NCBI GenBank assembly: GCA_037131105.1
Contig: JBAXRQ010000001.1
Span: 130,039 to 194,038, forward strand
Length of the DNA: 64,000 nt
Direction of reading: 5' to 3'
Source of the DNA: a bacterium
GTDB lineage: Bacteria; Patescibacteriota; UBA1384; CAILIB01
Part shown: piece by piece, positions 51,899-61,844 of the stretch
Layout of the letters: every line of letters starts with the position of its first letter
Numbering within the stretch: position 1 is the first letter of the stretch
The notes under the pieces: generated by a model
What the model was told of the DNA's origin: nothing
The model's database searches: none
The model's input: only the letters and a program-made list of their open reading frames with translations
Program-made: the position numbers and the translations under genes

Positions 51899-53776
51899 AT
51901 GGCCGGCTATATTATTCTCATTCTCTGTCTCTTTCTTGGTGCCGCCCTGGTGCGCCGCCTGCCACTTTCGTTGCATGTGCCTGAATATCTGGCGGCTTCC
52001 GCAGTGGTGGGATTGTTTATTGGCACCTGGATACTATTTTTACCTTCGATACTTATTCCGTACCGGTTCGCCTTTCCATTGGCGGGGGTGGTAATGGCTC
52101 TTTTGGCAGTCTGGCTCTGGCAGGGGGGCTCGTTCACAAAATGGACAGCCTTGCCGGCTAGAGCCTGGGTCTGGATTCCCATAGGAGCCGGCCTTTCAGC
52201 GTTCCTGGCCTATATCCTCTATACCCACTTGCTCATGCCCACGGCTGACGGCTGGAATACTGTGGGAAACACCTGGGGTGACCTGGCCCTCCACCTCTCG
52301 CTCATCTCGCGGCTGGCCGTCACTGACAAGGTGGATTTCAGACTGCCTATTCTGATCGGCCAGAATCTTACCTATCCTTTTCTTATCGATTTTCTCTCAG
52401 CTGTGCTGTACCGATCGGGAATGGGACTGCGCCTGGCCTTGCTGCTGCCAAGCGGGCTGCTGGCCCTAAGCTTCGTCCAGCTATTCTTCTTTCTGAGCTA
52501 CCGGTTGTTCAAAAAGGTGAGGGGAGCGGTCATCGGCGTTCTGCTCTTCTTATTTGCCTCAAGCTTTGCTGGGCTGTCTGAGTTCTATGCCGACTGGCGG
52601 GCCAGCGATTCCGGTCTCATCACTTTTGTTCAGGCCATTACAAAGACCTACGACCATCTTCCCAACCAGGGGCTTCATCTAACTAATGTTATTCTCGGCT
52701 ATCTAATCCCGCAGCGGGGCTATCTGTTTGGGCTGCCCGTATTTTGTCTGCTGGCTATACTGTGGTTTGAGGCTGACCGAGAGAAGGATGCGAAGACGCG
52801 TAACTGGCTCCTCTGGGCGGCAGCCCTGCTTCTGGGTCTCTTGCCCTTTGCCCACGTTCATACGTTCTTCGTAGCGGCGCTTATCTTCGGCTATCTGACT
52901 TTGCAGAGCATGCTGCGCGAAAAGTGCTTCATCACCAGCTGGACGCTACCGTTTGGTGCCGCTCTTATTCTGGTATTTCCCCAGCTGGCCTGGCAGTTTC
53001 TGGCTAGCTACCATAGCGGCTTCAGCTTTTACCAACTAGGCTGGCTGAAGTCTCCCGACCAAGGTCTAGTTACCTTCTGGTGGCGAAATATGGGGCCTGG
53101 CCTGGTATTTCTCATCGCGACACCGTTTTTGGCTGGCCGCTATCTCAACAGGCGCTTTGACTTTGGCTTTTTCCTACCGTTTCTGATCATCTTTGTGGCA
53201 GCTAACCTCTTTAGCTTCCAGCCCAACGGCTATGACAACGGCAAGCTGTTCCTCTACGTCTGGCTGGCCGTCTGTCTGTACGCAGGCTATTTCCTGGCTC
53301 GGTGGTCAGAGTGGTTCCGTGGTGCCTGGATCCTGGTGGCCATACTGATGCTGGCCATGATGGGCAGCGGAATACTGGGCTTCATTCCCGATATTACCAA
53401 GACCTATGCATTTCTTTCCAATGACGACCAGACTTTCGCAACTGACTTCCAGAAAGTGGTGCCGGTCGATGCCCTGGTCCTTACCGCCGACAGGCATAAC
53501 CACCCCGTACCTACGCTTACCGGCCGCCGTATAGTAATGGGATACCGGGGCTGGCTATGGACCTACGGCTACGACTATGTGCCCATCGAGAGGGACGTAC
53601 GGACCATGTTTGCCGGAAGCGCTGAGGGAGACGCATTGCTCCAAAGCTACGGAATCGACTATGTGGTGATAGGCAATACCGAGCGTATGGAATGGGGAGC
53701 TAACCAGGTCTATTTTGAGCAGCATTTCCAAGAGGTCTACTCAGGAGGGGAGTGGGAGGTCTTTAAGGTGGACTAA
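51899..53776 (+). CDS. Large polytopic membrane protein, possibly a GT-C-type glycosyltransferase.
   Basis: More than 12 hydrophobic helices and a roughly 150-aa C-terminal soluble domain. The architecture resembles PMT/ArnT-type GT-C enzymes. Inference only. Confidence 0.35.
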   Translation: MAGYIILILCLFLGAALVRRLPLSLHVPEYLAASAVVGLFIGTWILFLPSILIPYRFAFPLAGVVMALLAVWLWQGGSFTKWTALPARAWVWIPIGAGLSAFLAYILYTHLLMPTADGWNTVGNTWGDLALHLSLISRLAVTDKVDFRLPILIGQNLTYPFLIDFLSAVLYRSGMGLRLALLLPSGLLALSFVQLFFFLSYRLFKKVRGAVIGVLLFLFASSFAGLSEFYADWRASDSGLITFVQAITKTYDHLPNQGLHLTNVILGYLIPQRGYLFGLPVFCLLAILWFEADREKDAKTRNWLLWAAALLLGLLPFAHVHTFFVAALIFGYLTLQSMLREKCFITSWTLPFGAALILVFPQLAWQFLASYHSGFSFYQLGWLKSPDQGLVTFWWRNMGPGLVFLIATPFLAGRYLNRRFDFGFFLPFLIIFVAANLFSFQPNGYDNGKLFLYVWLAVCLYAGYFLARWSEWFRGAWILVAILMLAMMGSGILGFIPDITKTYAFLSNDDQTFATDFQKVVPVDALVLTADRHNHPVPTLTGRRIVMGYRGWLWTYGYDYVPIERDVRTMFAGSAEGDALLQSYGIDYVVIGNTERMEWGANQVYFEQHFQEVYSGGEWEVFKVD

Positions 53777-55536
53777 GCGGTCGCGCCCTCGAAGCCGCCT
53801 GCTTGGATCTGCCAGAGTTTCTGGTAGGTGCCCTGAGTAGCCTTCACCAGCTCCTCGTGCCTGCCTTCCTCAGTGATTTTTCCGCCTTCAAGTACCAGGA
53901 TCCTATCCATCTGCATGATGGTCGAAAGTCGGTGGGCGATGACTATGGTGGTTTTGTCCTTCATTAACTTGGCCAGGGCGTCCTGAATGTAGCGCTCAGA
54001 CTCGGAGTCCAGGCTGGAGGTGGCTTCGTCAAGCACCAGGATGGGGGCGTCTTTCAAGATGGCCCGGGCAATGGCGACTCTTTGGCGCTCGCCGCCGGAC
54101 AGCTTTACGCCACGCTCACCGACGAAGGTGCCGTAGCCCTCGGGGAACTTGGAAATGAACTCGTGGCAATGGGCCAGCTTGGCAGCCTCGATGACCTCTT
54201 CGTCGCTGGCGTCCGGTTTGGCATAGCGGATATTCTCCAGCAGGCTCCTGTGGAATAGAATAGGCTCCTGCGGTACCAAAGCCACCTGTGAGCGCAGGCT
54301 GTCCTGGCTATGGGTGGCAATGTCCTGCCCGTCAATGAGGATGTGGCCCTTCTGAATGTCGAAGAAGCGCAGTATCAGCTTGACGATGGTGGACTTGCCT
54401 CCGCCAGAAGGTCCTACCAAAGCCACCTTCTCATGTGGTTTGATGGCCAGGTTGAAGCCTCCTAGAATGGGCTGCTCCTTGTCGTAGCCGAAGCTGACAT
54501 CCTTGAACTCGACGATGCCCTGGCTCACCGCAAGCTGGCCGGCTCCTGCTGGGTCGGCCACTTCATGTGGCATCAGTAGGATGTCAGTCATCTCAGCTGC
54601 GTCAGAAAGGCTGCGGTAGATCCTGTGGATGTTCCTACCCAGTCCCCAGAGCTGGTCAAAGATCTGCAGGAGGTAGGCCTGTAGCAGGGCGAAGTCACCG
54701 ACAGTAAGGCGGCCTTCTTTCCAGAGAGTAAGAGCAAACCAGAGCACGGCAAACTCAAGGATGATCATTAGCAGTCCCTGGGTGGCTTCAGCTACCTGGT
54801 CGAGATTCCAGGTAAATCGACGCATTGCCAGGAGTGCCCGGTTGAGCTTACCGAAAGCGGTCTCTTCCTGGGAGTATCCGTTAAAAAGCTTGAGGTTGAT
54901 GCTGTTTCCTACTACGTCAGCGAGGTGGCCGGTTACGGCGCTGTCCGCCTCGGCTCGGGCTACATTAAACTTGAACTTGTACTGGGCGAACCAGTAATTG
55001 GCGATGGTGTAGAGTATTGCCCAGATAGCCAATAGTCCGGCCAGCACTCGGTAATGGATAAACAGGACTGCAAAGATGATACTGAGACGCACTATGAGGT
55101 TCAGGACGTTGAAGATCACCTGGTCGGCGAGATCCTCAAAGGCGTCCGGGAAACGGTTGGCCCGACGGACCAGGCTACCGGCGAAGTTGTTGTTGAAGAA
55201 GTTGTAGGAGTGGCGGGAGAGATACTTGAAGCAGGTCTCCATCAGGTCGGCCATGACGGCGCTTTCGAAGTAGGTGGTAGTAACCATGGTTACCCGCCAG
55301 GTGGCCCAGCCGGCTATGGCCACGACGGCGATCCAGGCTACTATGACGAAAGGATTCCCCTCCGACTGTCCGCCCACTATGTCGAAGAGACCCTTGTAAA
55401 GGAAGGGCTTGTACAGGTCGGCCGACGAAGCGGCGATGACCCCGAGGACTATCACTGCCATCTGCAGCCAACGGCTGCGGCAATGACGCCAAAAAATGGC
55501 CAGGGTGGCCTTGGTGTTCGATGTCGTTTCTTTCAT
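53773..55536 (-). CDS. ABC exporter with fused TMD and NBD (MsbA-like).
   Basis: Six-TM N-terminal half. Walker A GPSGGGKST, signature [16 protein letters not shown], Walker B ILVLDEATS. Confidence 0.85.
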   Translation of the reverse strand: MKETTSNTKATLAIFWRHCRSRWLQMAVIVLGVIAASSADLYKPFLYKGLFDIVGGQSEGNPFVIVAWIAVVAIAGWATWRVTMVTTTYFESAVMADLMETCFKYLSRHSYNFFNNNFAGSLVRRANRFPDAFEDLADQVIFNVLNLIVRLSIIFAVLFIHYRVLAGLLAIWAILYTIANYWFAQYKFKFNVARAEADSAVTGHLADVVGNSINLKLFNGYSQEETAFGKLNRALLAMRRFTWNLDQVAEATQGLLMIILEFAVLWFALTLWKEGRLTVGDFALLQAYLLQIFDQLWGLGRNIHRIYRSLSDAAEMTDILLMPHEVADPAGAGQLAVSQGIVEFKDVSFGYDKEQPILGGFNLAIKPHEKVALVGPSGGGKSTIVKLILRFFDIQKGHILIDGQDIATHSQDSLRSQVALVPQEPILFHRSLLENIRYAKPDASDEEVIEAAKLAHCHEFISKFPEGYGTFVGERGVKLSGGERQRVAIARAILKDAPILVLDEATSSLDSESERYIQDALAKLMKDKTTIVIAHRLSTIMQMDRILVLEGGKITEEGRHEELVKATQGTYQKLWQIQAGGFEGATA

Positions 55537-55589
55537 AGGAGCCTTATTATATCAGAACGATATAGTTGAGGCAAACCTGGTTTTCGATA

Positions 55590-56075
55590 TTAAAGCCGGG
55601 TCCTGACGCGGGTGCTGACCGTCTCGAAACGGGCCTTGGCAGCTTCCTTCAAAAGGCCGGGATTGAAGTCGTAGATGATGTGGTCGAGATAAGGGAGTTC
55701 CAACTTCTTGCCCCATTCTTGGGCGGCCTTGATGAGAGCTGGTGCCACTTCCTCGGTAGTCTCGTTAGGTGAAACCATGAGCTCCTCTATCCAGCCATAG
55801 CGTTCCTGGGTCCGGTAGTCGTTCTCGCTCTCCTGCTCGACGCTGAGCTGGACGAGACCGGCTAGCTTTTCACCGCGGAAAGCAAGTAAAAAGGCCCACT
55901 CAGGATCGTCGAGGACGTTGACGAAGGTCTGGGGCTGTAGGGCCAGCTCGGCGCCGGCCTGCTTATAGTTCTCTGGGTACTTCTTGGCAAGCCCACGCAG
56001 GACCTGACGAAACAGGCCGTGGATGGCCTGGTAGTCAGTCTGGACCGCTTCGCGGATGGTGAGGGTTGAAGGCAT
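55590..56075 (-). CDS. GNAT-family N-acetyltransferase (putative).
   Basis: 161 aa. …LAGLVQLSV… and …RYGWIEELMV… are consistent with GNAT motifs A and B. Weak. Confidence 0.45.
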   Translation of the reverse strand: MPSTLTIREAVQTDYQAIHGLFRQVLRGLAKKYPENYKQAGAELALQPQTFVNVLDDPEWAFLLAFRGEKLAGLVQLSVEQESENDYRTQERYGWIEELMVSPNETTEEVAPALIKAAQEWGKKLELPYLDHIIYDFNPGLLKEAAKARFETVSTRVRTRL

Positions 56076-56171
56076 GAACCTAACCTACACTGAAACACTG
56101 AGTTTGTCCACGTGGAAATACTGGTATACTGAGAAAGCACTAAGAACGCCCTATATAGTAATTGGCAACCC

Positions 56172-56966
56172 ATGGATGCAGAACCCATTGCAGCCGACGT
56201 CCTGGCGGAAGAGATCGTCTCAGTTCCTTCTAAAAAGCCGATGCTGCCAATGCTGGGCGCCATCGTAGTAGTGCTGCTTATTGCCATAGGGGGCTATTTT
56301 GCCTATGCCCATTCCAAGAAGGCTGCCCCTGCCGCCATAGCGACCGTACCCACAAAGGCCTTCGCCCAGAATGACGTGAGCTTTAACTACAATGCTAGTT
56401 GGCTGGTTCTTACCGGCAAGCAGGTATTCCAGGGAGATACTTCTACGGTTTCTAAGCCGCCGTATACCGAAGACCAGTATTTCTTCTACACCAAGGCAGG
56501 CTTGGAAAAACTCAAGAAGGCAGCGACTGCTACCGCCTCTCCTACTGACGGCAGTTCTGGGACAGTCAACTTTTACACTGAGGCAGTGGTCTCTCGAATA
56601 ACCTACGAAAGCGCCCATGCCACGGCCCGATCAGCCACTCAGAGCATTTGTAAGGGTACCGAAGTGAGCTATTCGAGTGGTACCGCTCCTGACGAGTCTC
56701 GCATTAAAGCTGTTGTCGTGAACGGCATCTCTGGCTACACGCTTACCCCCGAGGCTACTTGCAATAACAAGAGCGTGCTCTTCTTTTTTGACAGCACCCA
56801 TCTTACTTCCCTCCCAACACCTGAGACGGTCCCGGGGGTCGTAGTCAGCGGAGACCCTACACCGGCGCCCTCTCCCGATAGCTATATCCTCAGCTTTCCC
56901 GGAGCAACTACCCTTGCGGGGCTTACTGGCGACCAGAAGCTAATCGTAGAAAGTCTGAAGAAATAG
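56172..56966 (+). CDS. Membrane-anchored or secreted hypothetical protein.
   Basis: N-terminal TM helix (MLGAIVVVLLIAIGGYFAYA). Ser/Thr-rich ectodomain. Confidence 0.4.
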   Translation: MDAEPIAADVLAEEIVSVPSKKPMLPMLGAIVVVLLIAIGGYFAYAHSKKAAPAAIATVPTKAFAQNDVSFNYNASWLVLTGKQVFQGDTSTVSKPPYTEDQYFFYTKAGLEKLKKAATATASPTDGSSGTVNFYTEAVVSRITYESAHATARSATQSICKGTEVSYSSGTAPDESRIKAVVVNGISGYTLTPEATCNNKSVLFFFDSTHLTSLPTPETVPGVVVSGDPTPAPSPDSYILSFPGATTLAGLTGDQKLIVESLKK

Positions 56967-57010
56967 AAAAGCTGCTATGCTAGAGCTAACTTAGCGCTAG
57001 AAAATGTCCT

Positions 57011-57694
57011 ATGGGGAACGTCATACTTATCTCAGGAGGTAGCGACGGGCTTGGCCGGGAGATCGCCCGTATCCTGGCTCCTGACTGCCAGGTGGTTGTA
57101 TTCTCGACCAAAGAAGACAAGCTGAGGACTCTCTCAGAAGAGACAGGGTGTGCTTACCAGGTGGGAGACGTCACCGCATGGGATGATGTCGAACGGATTT
57201 GCCAGTGGACCATTGCGACCTACGGAAGAATTGACTGCCTCATCAACAATGCCGGTGTCTGGCTGGAAGGTCCCCTTGATGAGAATACGCCGGCCGAGAT
57301 CTCCCGGGTGATGAATGTGAATGCGACAGGCACCATGCTCCTCACCCGCGCCGCCCTTCCCCAGCTGAAGGTCCAGGGCGCCGGTACTATCATCAATGTC
57401 ATTTCCCAGGCGGGCATAACTTCCCAGGCAGACCGTAGCGTCTACTATGCCTCGAAGTGGGCGATAACCGGCTTCACCAAGTGTCTGCAGGCCGAACTGG
57501 GCCCCCAGAATATCAAGGTGACCGCTGTTTATCCCGGCTCTATGCTGACTAGCTTCTTCGACAAAGCGGGTAATCCCCGTGATATGTCCAAGGCGCTTGA
57601 CCCGGTCGCGGTCGCTAAGGCTATCGTCTCGGTAGTCCGCTTGGAGGGGGACGCCACCATACCGGAGATTGGTATTAAGTATGTTCTAAAGTAG
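57011..57694 (+). CDS. Short-chain dehydrogenase/reductase.
   Basis: ISGGSDGLGREIA (the TGxxxGxG-like motif), NNAG, and catalytic YYASKWAITGF (YxxxK). Confidence 0.8.
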   Translation: MGNVILISGGSDGLGREIARILAPDCQVVVFSTKEDKLRTLSEETGCAYQVGDVTAWDDVERICQWTIATYGRIDCLINNAGVWLEGPLDENTPAEISRVMNVNATGTMLLTRAALPQLKVQGAGTIINVISQAGITSQADRSVYYASKWAITGFTKCLQAELGPQNIKVTAVYPGSMLTSFFDKAGNPRDMSKALDPVAVAKAIVSVVRLEGDATIPEIGIKYVLK

Positions 57695-57699
57695 ATCCT

Positions 57700-58014
57700 A
57701 TGTCCTTCAAATCCCAGCAGGAGCAGGTTGACGTCTGGGCCCAGCAGTTCGCTGTGCCGTACTGGCAGCCCTTGGAAATGATGGCGCGTCTGACCGAGGA
57801 GACAGGGGAGCTGGCCCGCGAGATTAATCACCGTTTCGGTCCTAAGAAGAAAAAGTCTACCGAATCAGCGGCCGAGATGGGAGACGAGATCGCCGACATC
57901 ATGTTCACCCTGATATGTATTGCCAATGCCCAGGATATCGACCTGGACGAGGCCTTTGACAGGTGCATGGAAAAGGTAGGGGTTCGCGACGCCAACCGGT
58001 TCGAGAAGAAGTAG
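57700..58014 (+). CDS. MazG-like nucleotide pyrophosphohydrolase.
   Basis: …LTEETGELAREIN… and …EMGDEIADIMFTLICIAN… fit the EExxE/DxxD pattern. Confidence 0.65.
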   Translation: MSFKSQQEQVDVWAQQFAVPYWQPLEMMARLTEETGELAREINHRFGPKKKKSTESAAEMGDEIADIMFTLICIANAQDIDLDEAFDRCMEKVGVRDANRFEKK

Positions 58015-58019
58015 GCCTG

Positions 58020-58679
58020 TTACTTTTTTGCGATGAAATCAAAGGTGTGCCAGTGCTTTGGTGTGCCGGCTGCCGTGCTGCCGTCCCACTCCTTTTCATC
58101 AAGCTTTAGTGTCTCTAGGCCGGAGAGCAGGGTCATCACTTGCTCGCGCGTATGAAACGTCATACGGGGCCGATCCAGTTGCCATTGGTCGCGGGTGCCG
58201 AAGAGGTTGCCGCAGAATACGCCGCCCGGTCTCAGTGAGGCGACTATGCGGGCGAATACGTCATTGAAGCTGTCTGGCGGGTTAAAGGGAAGGGAATACA
58301 TGGCGTTTGCTAGGCAGTACTTTGAGGCAGGAAAATCGAAGCTAGCAAAGCTAGTCATAACCGGGTGAAAACGGGAACTATCCAGCCCCACGGTTAGTTC
58401 GATTGGAAGCGGCTCACTGTCCAACGCTGTCACGTCGAACGACTTTTCTATTAGTAGTTTAGTGTCCTTCAAGGCACCAGAGCCGATGTCGATGGCTTTT
58501 CCAGGAGTGGAGATGTACTCCAGTGCCTCTAATAGTAACGGACTGGGCGGCTGGACTTGGGTGATAGCATAATACTGGCTCCATTGGGTGGTAGTTTCTT
58601 TGGGACTGTCCATTGTCTTATTGTAGGAGGCCAGCAAAGTCCAGCGCCAGGTAACCAGTGGCGATATCAGAGAGCTCAC
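58020..58679 (-). CDS. Class I SAM-dependent methyltransferase.
   Basis: Motif I KAIDIGSGALKDT and the acidic loop VTALDSEP. Confidence 0.6.
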   Translation of the reverse strand: MSSLISPLVTWRWTLLASYNKTMDSPKETTTQWSQYYAITQVQPPSPLLLEALEYISTPGKAIDIGSGALKDTKLLIEKSFDVTALDSEPLPIELTVGLDSSRFHPVMTSFASFDFPASKYCLANAMYSLPFNPPDSFNDVFARIVASLRPGGVFCGNLFGTRDQWQLDRPRMTFHTREQVMTLLSGLETLKLDEKEWDGSTAAGTPKHWHTFDFIAKK

Positions 58680-59148
58680 CGGTCCTCAGATGCTTCCTGA
58701 ACTCTACAAGCGGGAGCAGTACTATCTCGATGGGTTCCCAGGGATCGTTCTTGGGTTCGGCAGTCTTTACGCAGTTGCGGGCGATATAGTTGTAGCGCAG
58801 ACAGGTGGAATAGGCGTCGGCTAGGCTGGTCCCCACAAACTCAAAATTACCGGTGTATCCGGTTTCCTCAAGCAGCTCCCGTTTAGCTGCCTCCATGAAT
58901 TCTTCACCCTTTTCTGAGGCGCCACCTGGGATATCGAGCAATATCCGCTCGGGGCCGGGCCGGAATTGGCGGGCTAGGACGACCTGGTTGTCTGGGGTGA
59001 GGGCCAGGGTGCAGACGGGATGGCCCTCCTGCTTGATATCAAAATCAGCAGTAATCCCGGTGGGCAGCTCAAAGACCACCGGTCAATCTTGCGGTAGCCG
59101 TCGTAGATGCGGGTAGAGGAGATCTTTTTCCAGTTCATAGTAAAGAAT
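58618..59148 (-). pseudogene. NUDIX hydrolase (ADP-ribose pyrophosphatase-like) whose N-terminus is split by an apparent frameshift near 59085.
   Basis: Nudix box GGASEKGEEFMEAAKRELLEETGY sits in the 58618..59079 frame. The NudF-like N-terminus MNWKKISSTRIYDGYRKIDRW begins at the ATG at 59148 in a different frame and runs into stops. The two pieces join if a 1-nt indel near ccggtggtc is assumed. Confidence 0.55.
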
Positions 59149-59318
59149 TAGAGGCTATAGCTTTATGGTAGGGAATTGCACATGGATTTGCGAGAGGGAT
59201 GACGCTCGTCAAGCCAGTCTCACGACTGGTTTTGACTTCGCTAACTTCGGTGGTCGGGTAAGCCTACCACCGAAGTCGAACCCTTGAGGGTTCTTCCCTT
59301 TTCCCTCTCTCTCCGCCA

Positions 59319-59350
59319 CAAAAAAAGATCTACTGATGTAGATCTTTTTT
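59319..59350. terminator. Bidirectional rho-independent terminator hairpin.
   Basis: caaaaaaagatctac-tga-tgtagatcttttttt: a 14-bp stem flanked by an A run and a T run. Confidence 0.5.
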
Positions 59351-59352
59351 TG

Positions 59353-59440
59353 TGGCGGAGAGAGAGGGATTCGAACCCTCGGTACCTTTCGGTACACACG
59401 CTTTCCAAGCGTGCGCACTAGACCACTATGCGATCTCTCC
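59353..59440 (-). tRNA. tRNA-Ser, anticodon GGA.
   Basis: GGAGAGATCGCATAGTGGTCTAGTGCGCACGCTTGGAAAGCGTGTGTACCGAAAGGTACCGAGGGTTCGAATCCCTCTCTCTCCGCCA. It has a 3-bp D stem, a long variable arm (GTACC-GAAA-GGTAC), a TTCGAAT T-loop and an encoded CCA. Confidence 0.85.
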
Positions 59441-59580
59441 TGAAGCGAGGCAGAAAAGAAAGTTTACTTTCTTTTCTGATGAGCGAAGGAGAAGCACGCC
59501 GTAGGCATGCGTCTCTCCGTTTCTCGCGTTGTATGGGTGCGTGAGCGAGGAGTACGTCTTATGGGCTCCAACCGATCTTA

Positions 59581-60852
59581 TCAGGTTAGCCCCTTACTGA
59601 CAAGCGACGGATTGCGGTCCTTGAGCCTACCAAACCCGAGCTCCTCCTTGGCCACCTTCTTATCTAGCCGCACCACGTTTCCCATCTGGATGGCCTGAAA
59701 CCCGTAATGCCCCCGGATGTCCTCCAGCGCCTTGCTAATCTGCTCATGCCTCGGTCGCTGCTGGAAAAGGTCCAGCTGCAGGCCATCCGTGATACTTAAC
59801 CCGTTAAACCCCATGCTTACCTGACGAATGGCCCCTAGTAAGGGCCGGGGAAACGCCTCGAGCATCTGCCGCAGCGCCCCTAGTAGGGCCGGATAGCTAT
59901 CGCAGGGGCTGTCTAGCTTGATCTCGGCACTGAGCGAGGCGGCTCCTGATAGACGTAGGTAGAGCCAGACCGACCGGCAGCGTAGTCCGTTGCGTCGCAA
60001 CCTGTGTACCAACCTGTCGGCCATCCGGCTTATGATCGGCCAGACCGCCTCAAAGTCGTAGAGCCAGTGAGTGAGCACGTGTTGGTGGCTCATATTCTTG
60101 ATCAGTCGTTCTTCTCCAGGGTCCGCCTCGTAGCCGTGCAGGCGCCACCACCAGTAGCGCCCGAAGATACCCAGGTTGGCCTGGAGGAACTCGGGGGTGG
60201 AGGAGTATAGATCAAGTGGGGTACTGATCCCAATGAGGGCGAGGCGAGCGGCGTTTCGGGTGGCAATACCAGGTAGGTCAGTCAGCTCTAGCCGTCCGAG
60301 CACCTCCTCGAGATTGGCCAGGTTAATCTCGGTCAGGCCATCAGGCTTCTGCAGGTTGCTGGCCACTTTTCCCAGCAGGGAGTTGGGAGCGATGCCGATA
60401 GAGCACTTGATATACTCGCCGAGCTCATTCCTAAAGCGCTCCTTGATGTCGCGGGCCACTTCCCAGGCAGTCTCGGAATCGGCCCAGTTCGGCGAGAGAA
60501 ATATAGCGGCCTCATCTATGCTCTTGGCGAATACCTCGGGTCCACAGCGATCCCGCAGGATATCCATGAATTTGTAGTGCACCTCTTTGTAAAGGCCGGG
60601 CGTAGTCTCAGTAACGGCTAGTCCGGGGCACATCATGCGGGCGTCACCTAGCCTTGTACCTGTTTTCACTCCGAAGGCCTTGGCGGCGTATGAGGCGGCC
60701 AGCACGGTACCACGGGGGGCATCGTGCGAGACTACTGCCAAGGGGTGGTCGCGTAGCTCCGGCCGGTACTGCTGCTCTACGCTGGCGAAGAACGAGTTCA
60801 TATCTAAGAAGATGACCCGGGCGTCCTTCACTTCGCGTAACGATCCAAGCAT
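59581..60852 (-). CDS. Y-family DNA polymerase (DinB/Pol IV-like).
   Basis: N-terminal IFLDMNSFFASVEQ (catalytic Asp) and …SIGIAPNSLLGKVAS… (little finger). Confidence 0.75.
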   Translation of the reverse strand: MLGSLREVKDARVIFLDMNSFFASVEQQYRPELRDHPLAVVSHDAPRGTVLAASYAAKAFGVKTGTRLGDARMMCPGLAVTETTPGLYKEVHYKFMDILRDRCGPEVFAKSIDEAAIFLSPNWADSETAWEVARDIKERFRNELGEYIKCSIGIAPNSLLGKVASNLQKPDGLTEINLANLEEVLGRLELTDLPGIATRNAARLALIGISTPLDLYSSTPEFLQANLGIFGRYWWWRLHGYEADPGEERLIKNMSHQHVLTHWLYDFEAVWPIISRMADRLVHRLRRNGLRCRSVWLYLRLSGAASLSAEIKLDSPCDSYPALLGALRQMLEAFPRPLLGAIRQVSMGFNGLSITDGLQLDLFQQRPRHEQISKALEDIRGHYGFQAIQMGNVVRLDKKVAKEELGFGRLKDRNPSLVSKGLT

Positions 60853-60928
60853 AAACAGGGGAAGCTAGAGATTAGCCTCCCCTGTTATACCAAACAAAAA
60901 CCGAACTAGCAATAGATCCGCTAGTCTC

Positions 60929-61282
60929 TTAAGCAGGTAGCTTGGAAAGTCCGCTCTGGAGGAGATTTTCCAGCTCGGTAGCGGGGATAAGGCCGATACG
61001 CTGGTCAACCGGCTCGCCGCCGATAAAGGCCTTAAACGTGGGGATGGAAAGAACCTGAAATTTCTGGGAAAGTTCAGGCTGCGCGTCTACGTCGATTTCG
61101 ACGATTTTCACCTTGTCGTTGTCGGCGTACTTCTCAGCCAAGGCGGCGATACGGGGAGCCATGGCCCGGCAGGGACCGCACCAGGTGGCCCAGAAGTCGA
61201 CCAGGACGACGCCGTCAAACTTCACTACTTCTTCTTCAAAATTGTCTACGGTCACGTCGATGCGGTGGCTGGACTCGTCCAT
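60929..61282 (-). CDS. trxA: Thioredoxin.
   Basis: WATWCGPCR active site. Confidence 0.85.
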   Translation of the reverse strand: MDESSHRIDVTVDNFEEEVVKFDGVVLVDFWATWCGPCRAMAPRIAALAEKYADNDKVKIVEIDVDAQPELSQKFQVLSIPTFKAFIGGEPVDQRIGLIPATELENLLQSGLSKLPA

Positions 61283-61329
61283 GGGGAGTAACTTACCGGT
61301 AGGTACTTCCCAGTATATCGGGCAAAAAC

Positions 61330-61674
61330 TTAGGACACAAGGAACTGCAGGAAGCCGTACTGGGCGGGGGTAAGAAGGTTCTCCATCTCCAGGGTAAGGT
61401 CCTCAACCTCGTCCTCAGGAATTTCTGAATCGTACATGTGAATAAGCTCGTGGAGCAGGGTAGCGGCACGCTCCTCACGGGTAAGCTCGGTGGCCAGGCC
61501 GATGACGTTCTGGTCGGGCATGATAAGTCCCATGATATCGCTGTGCACGTGGCGCTTTACTTCGGCAGGGGCGTCAAGTGACATCCCTTCCAGGCGATGA
61601 CGGGGAAGGAAGCGGATCTCATAACCGGAATCAACGAAGGTTTTCTTAAGCTGGGCGAAGGTTGGCTGGTTCAT
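61330..61674 (-). CDS. Small HExxH-motif protein (putative ImmA/IrrE-like metallopeptidase-fold protein).
   Basis: LLHELIHMYDSE is an HExxH motif in a 114-aa protein. Confidence 0.3.
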   Translation of the reverse strand: MNQPTFAQLKKTFVDSGYEIRFLPRHRLEGMSLDAPAEVKRHVHSDIMGLIMPDQNVIGLATELTREERAATLLHELIHMYDSEIPEDEVEDLTLEMENLLTPAQYGFLQFLVS

Positions 61675-61844
61675 ATACTTTTTTATTTGTTTTTCGAAAT
61701 TAAATTAGTATACGTGAGAATCGCCTCCCTGTCAATCAGGTTAGAAGACGACGATAATGAAAAACAGCTCTGCTGGCGTATTCTTGACTCAAGCTTCTGG
61801 ACAGAGTAAGGTGCAGCTAGACGACTACAAGGAGGTCGATAAGT

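Noticed and set aside
59209-59418. A 69-aa ORF (59209..59418, minus strand).
   Set aside because: It overlaps the tRNA-Ser 3' end and the palindromic terminator. It is non-coding.
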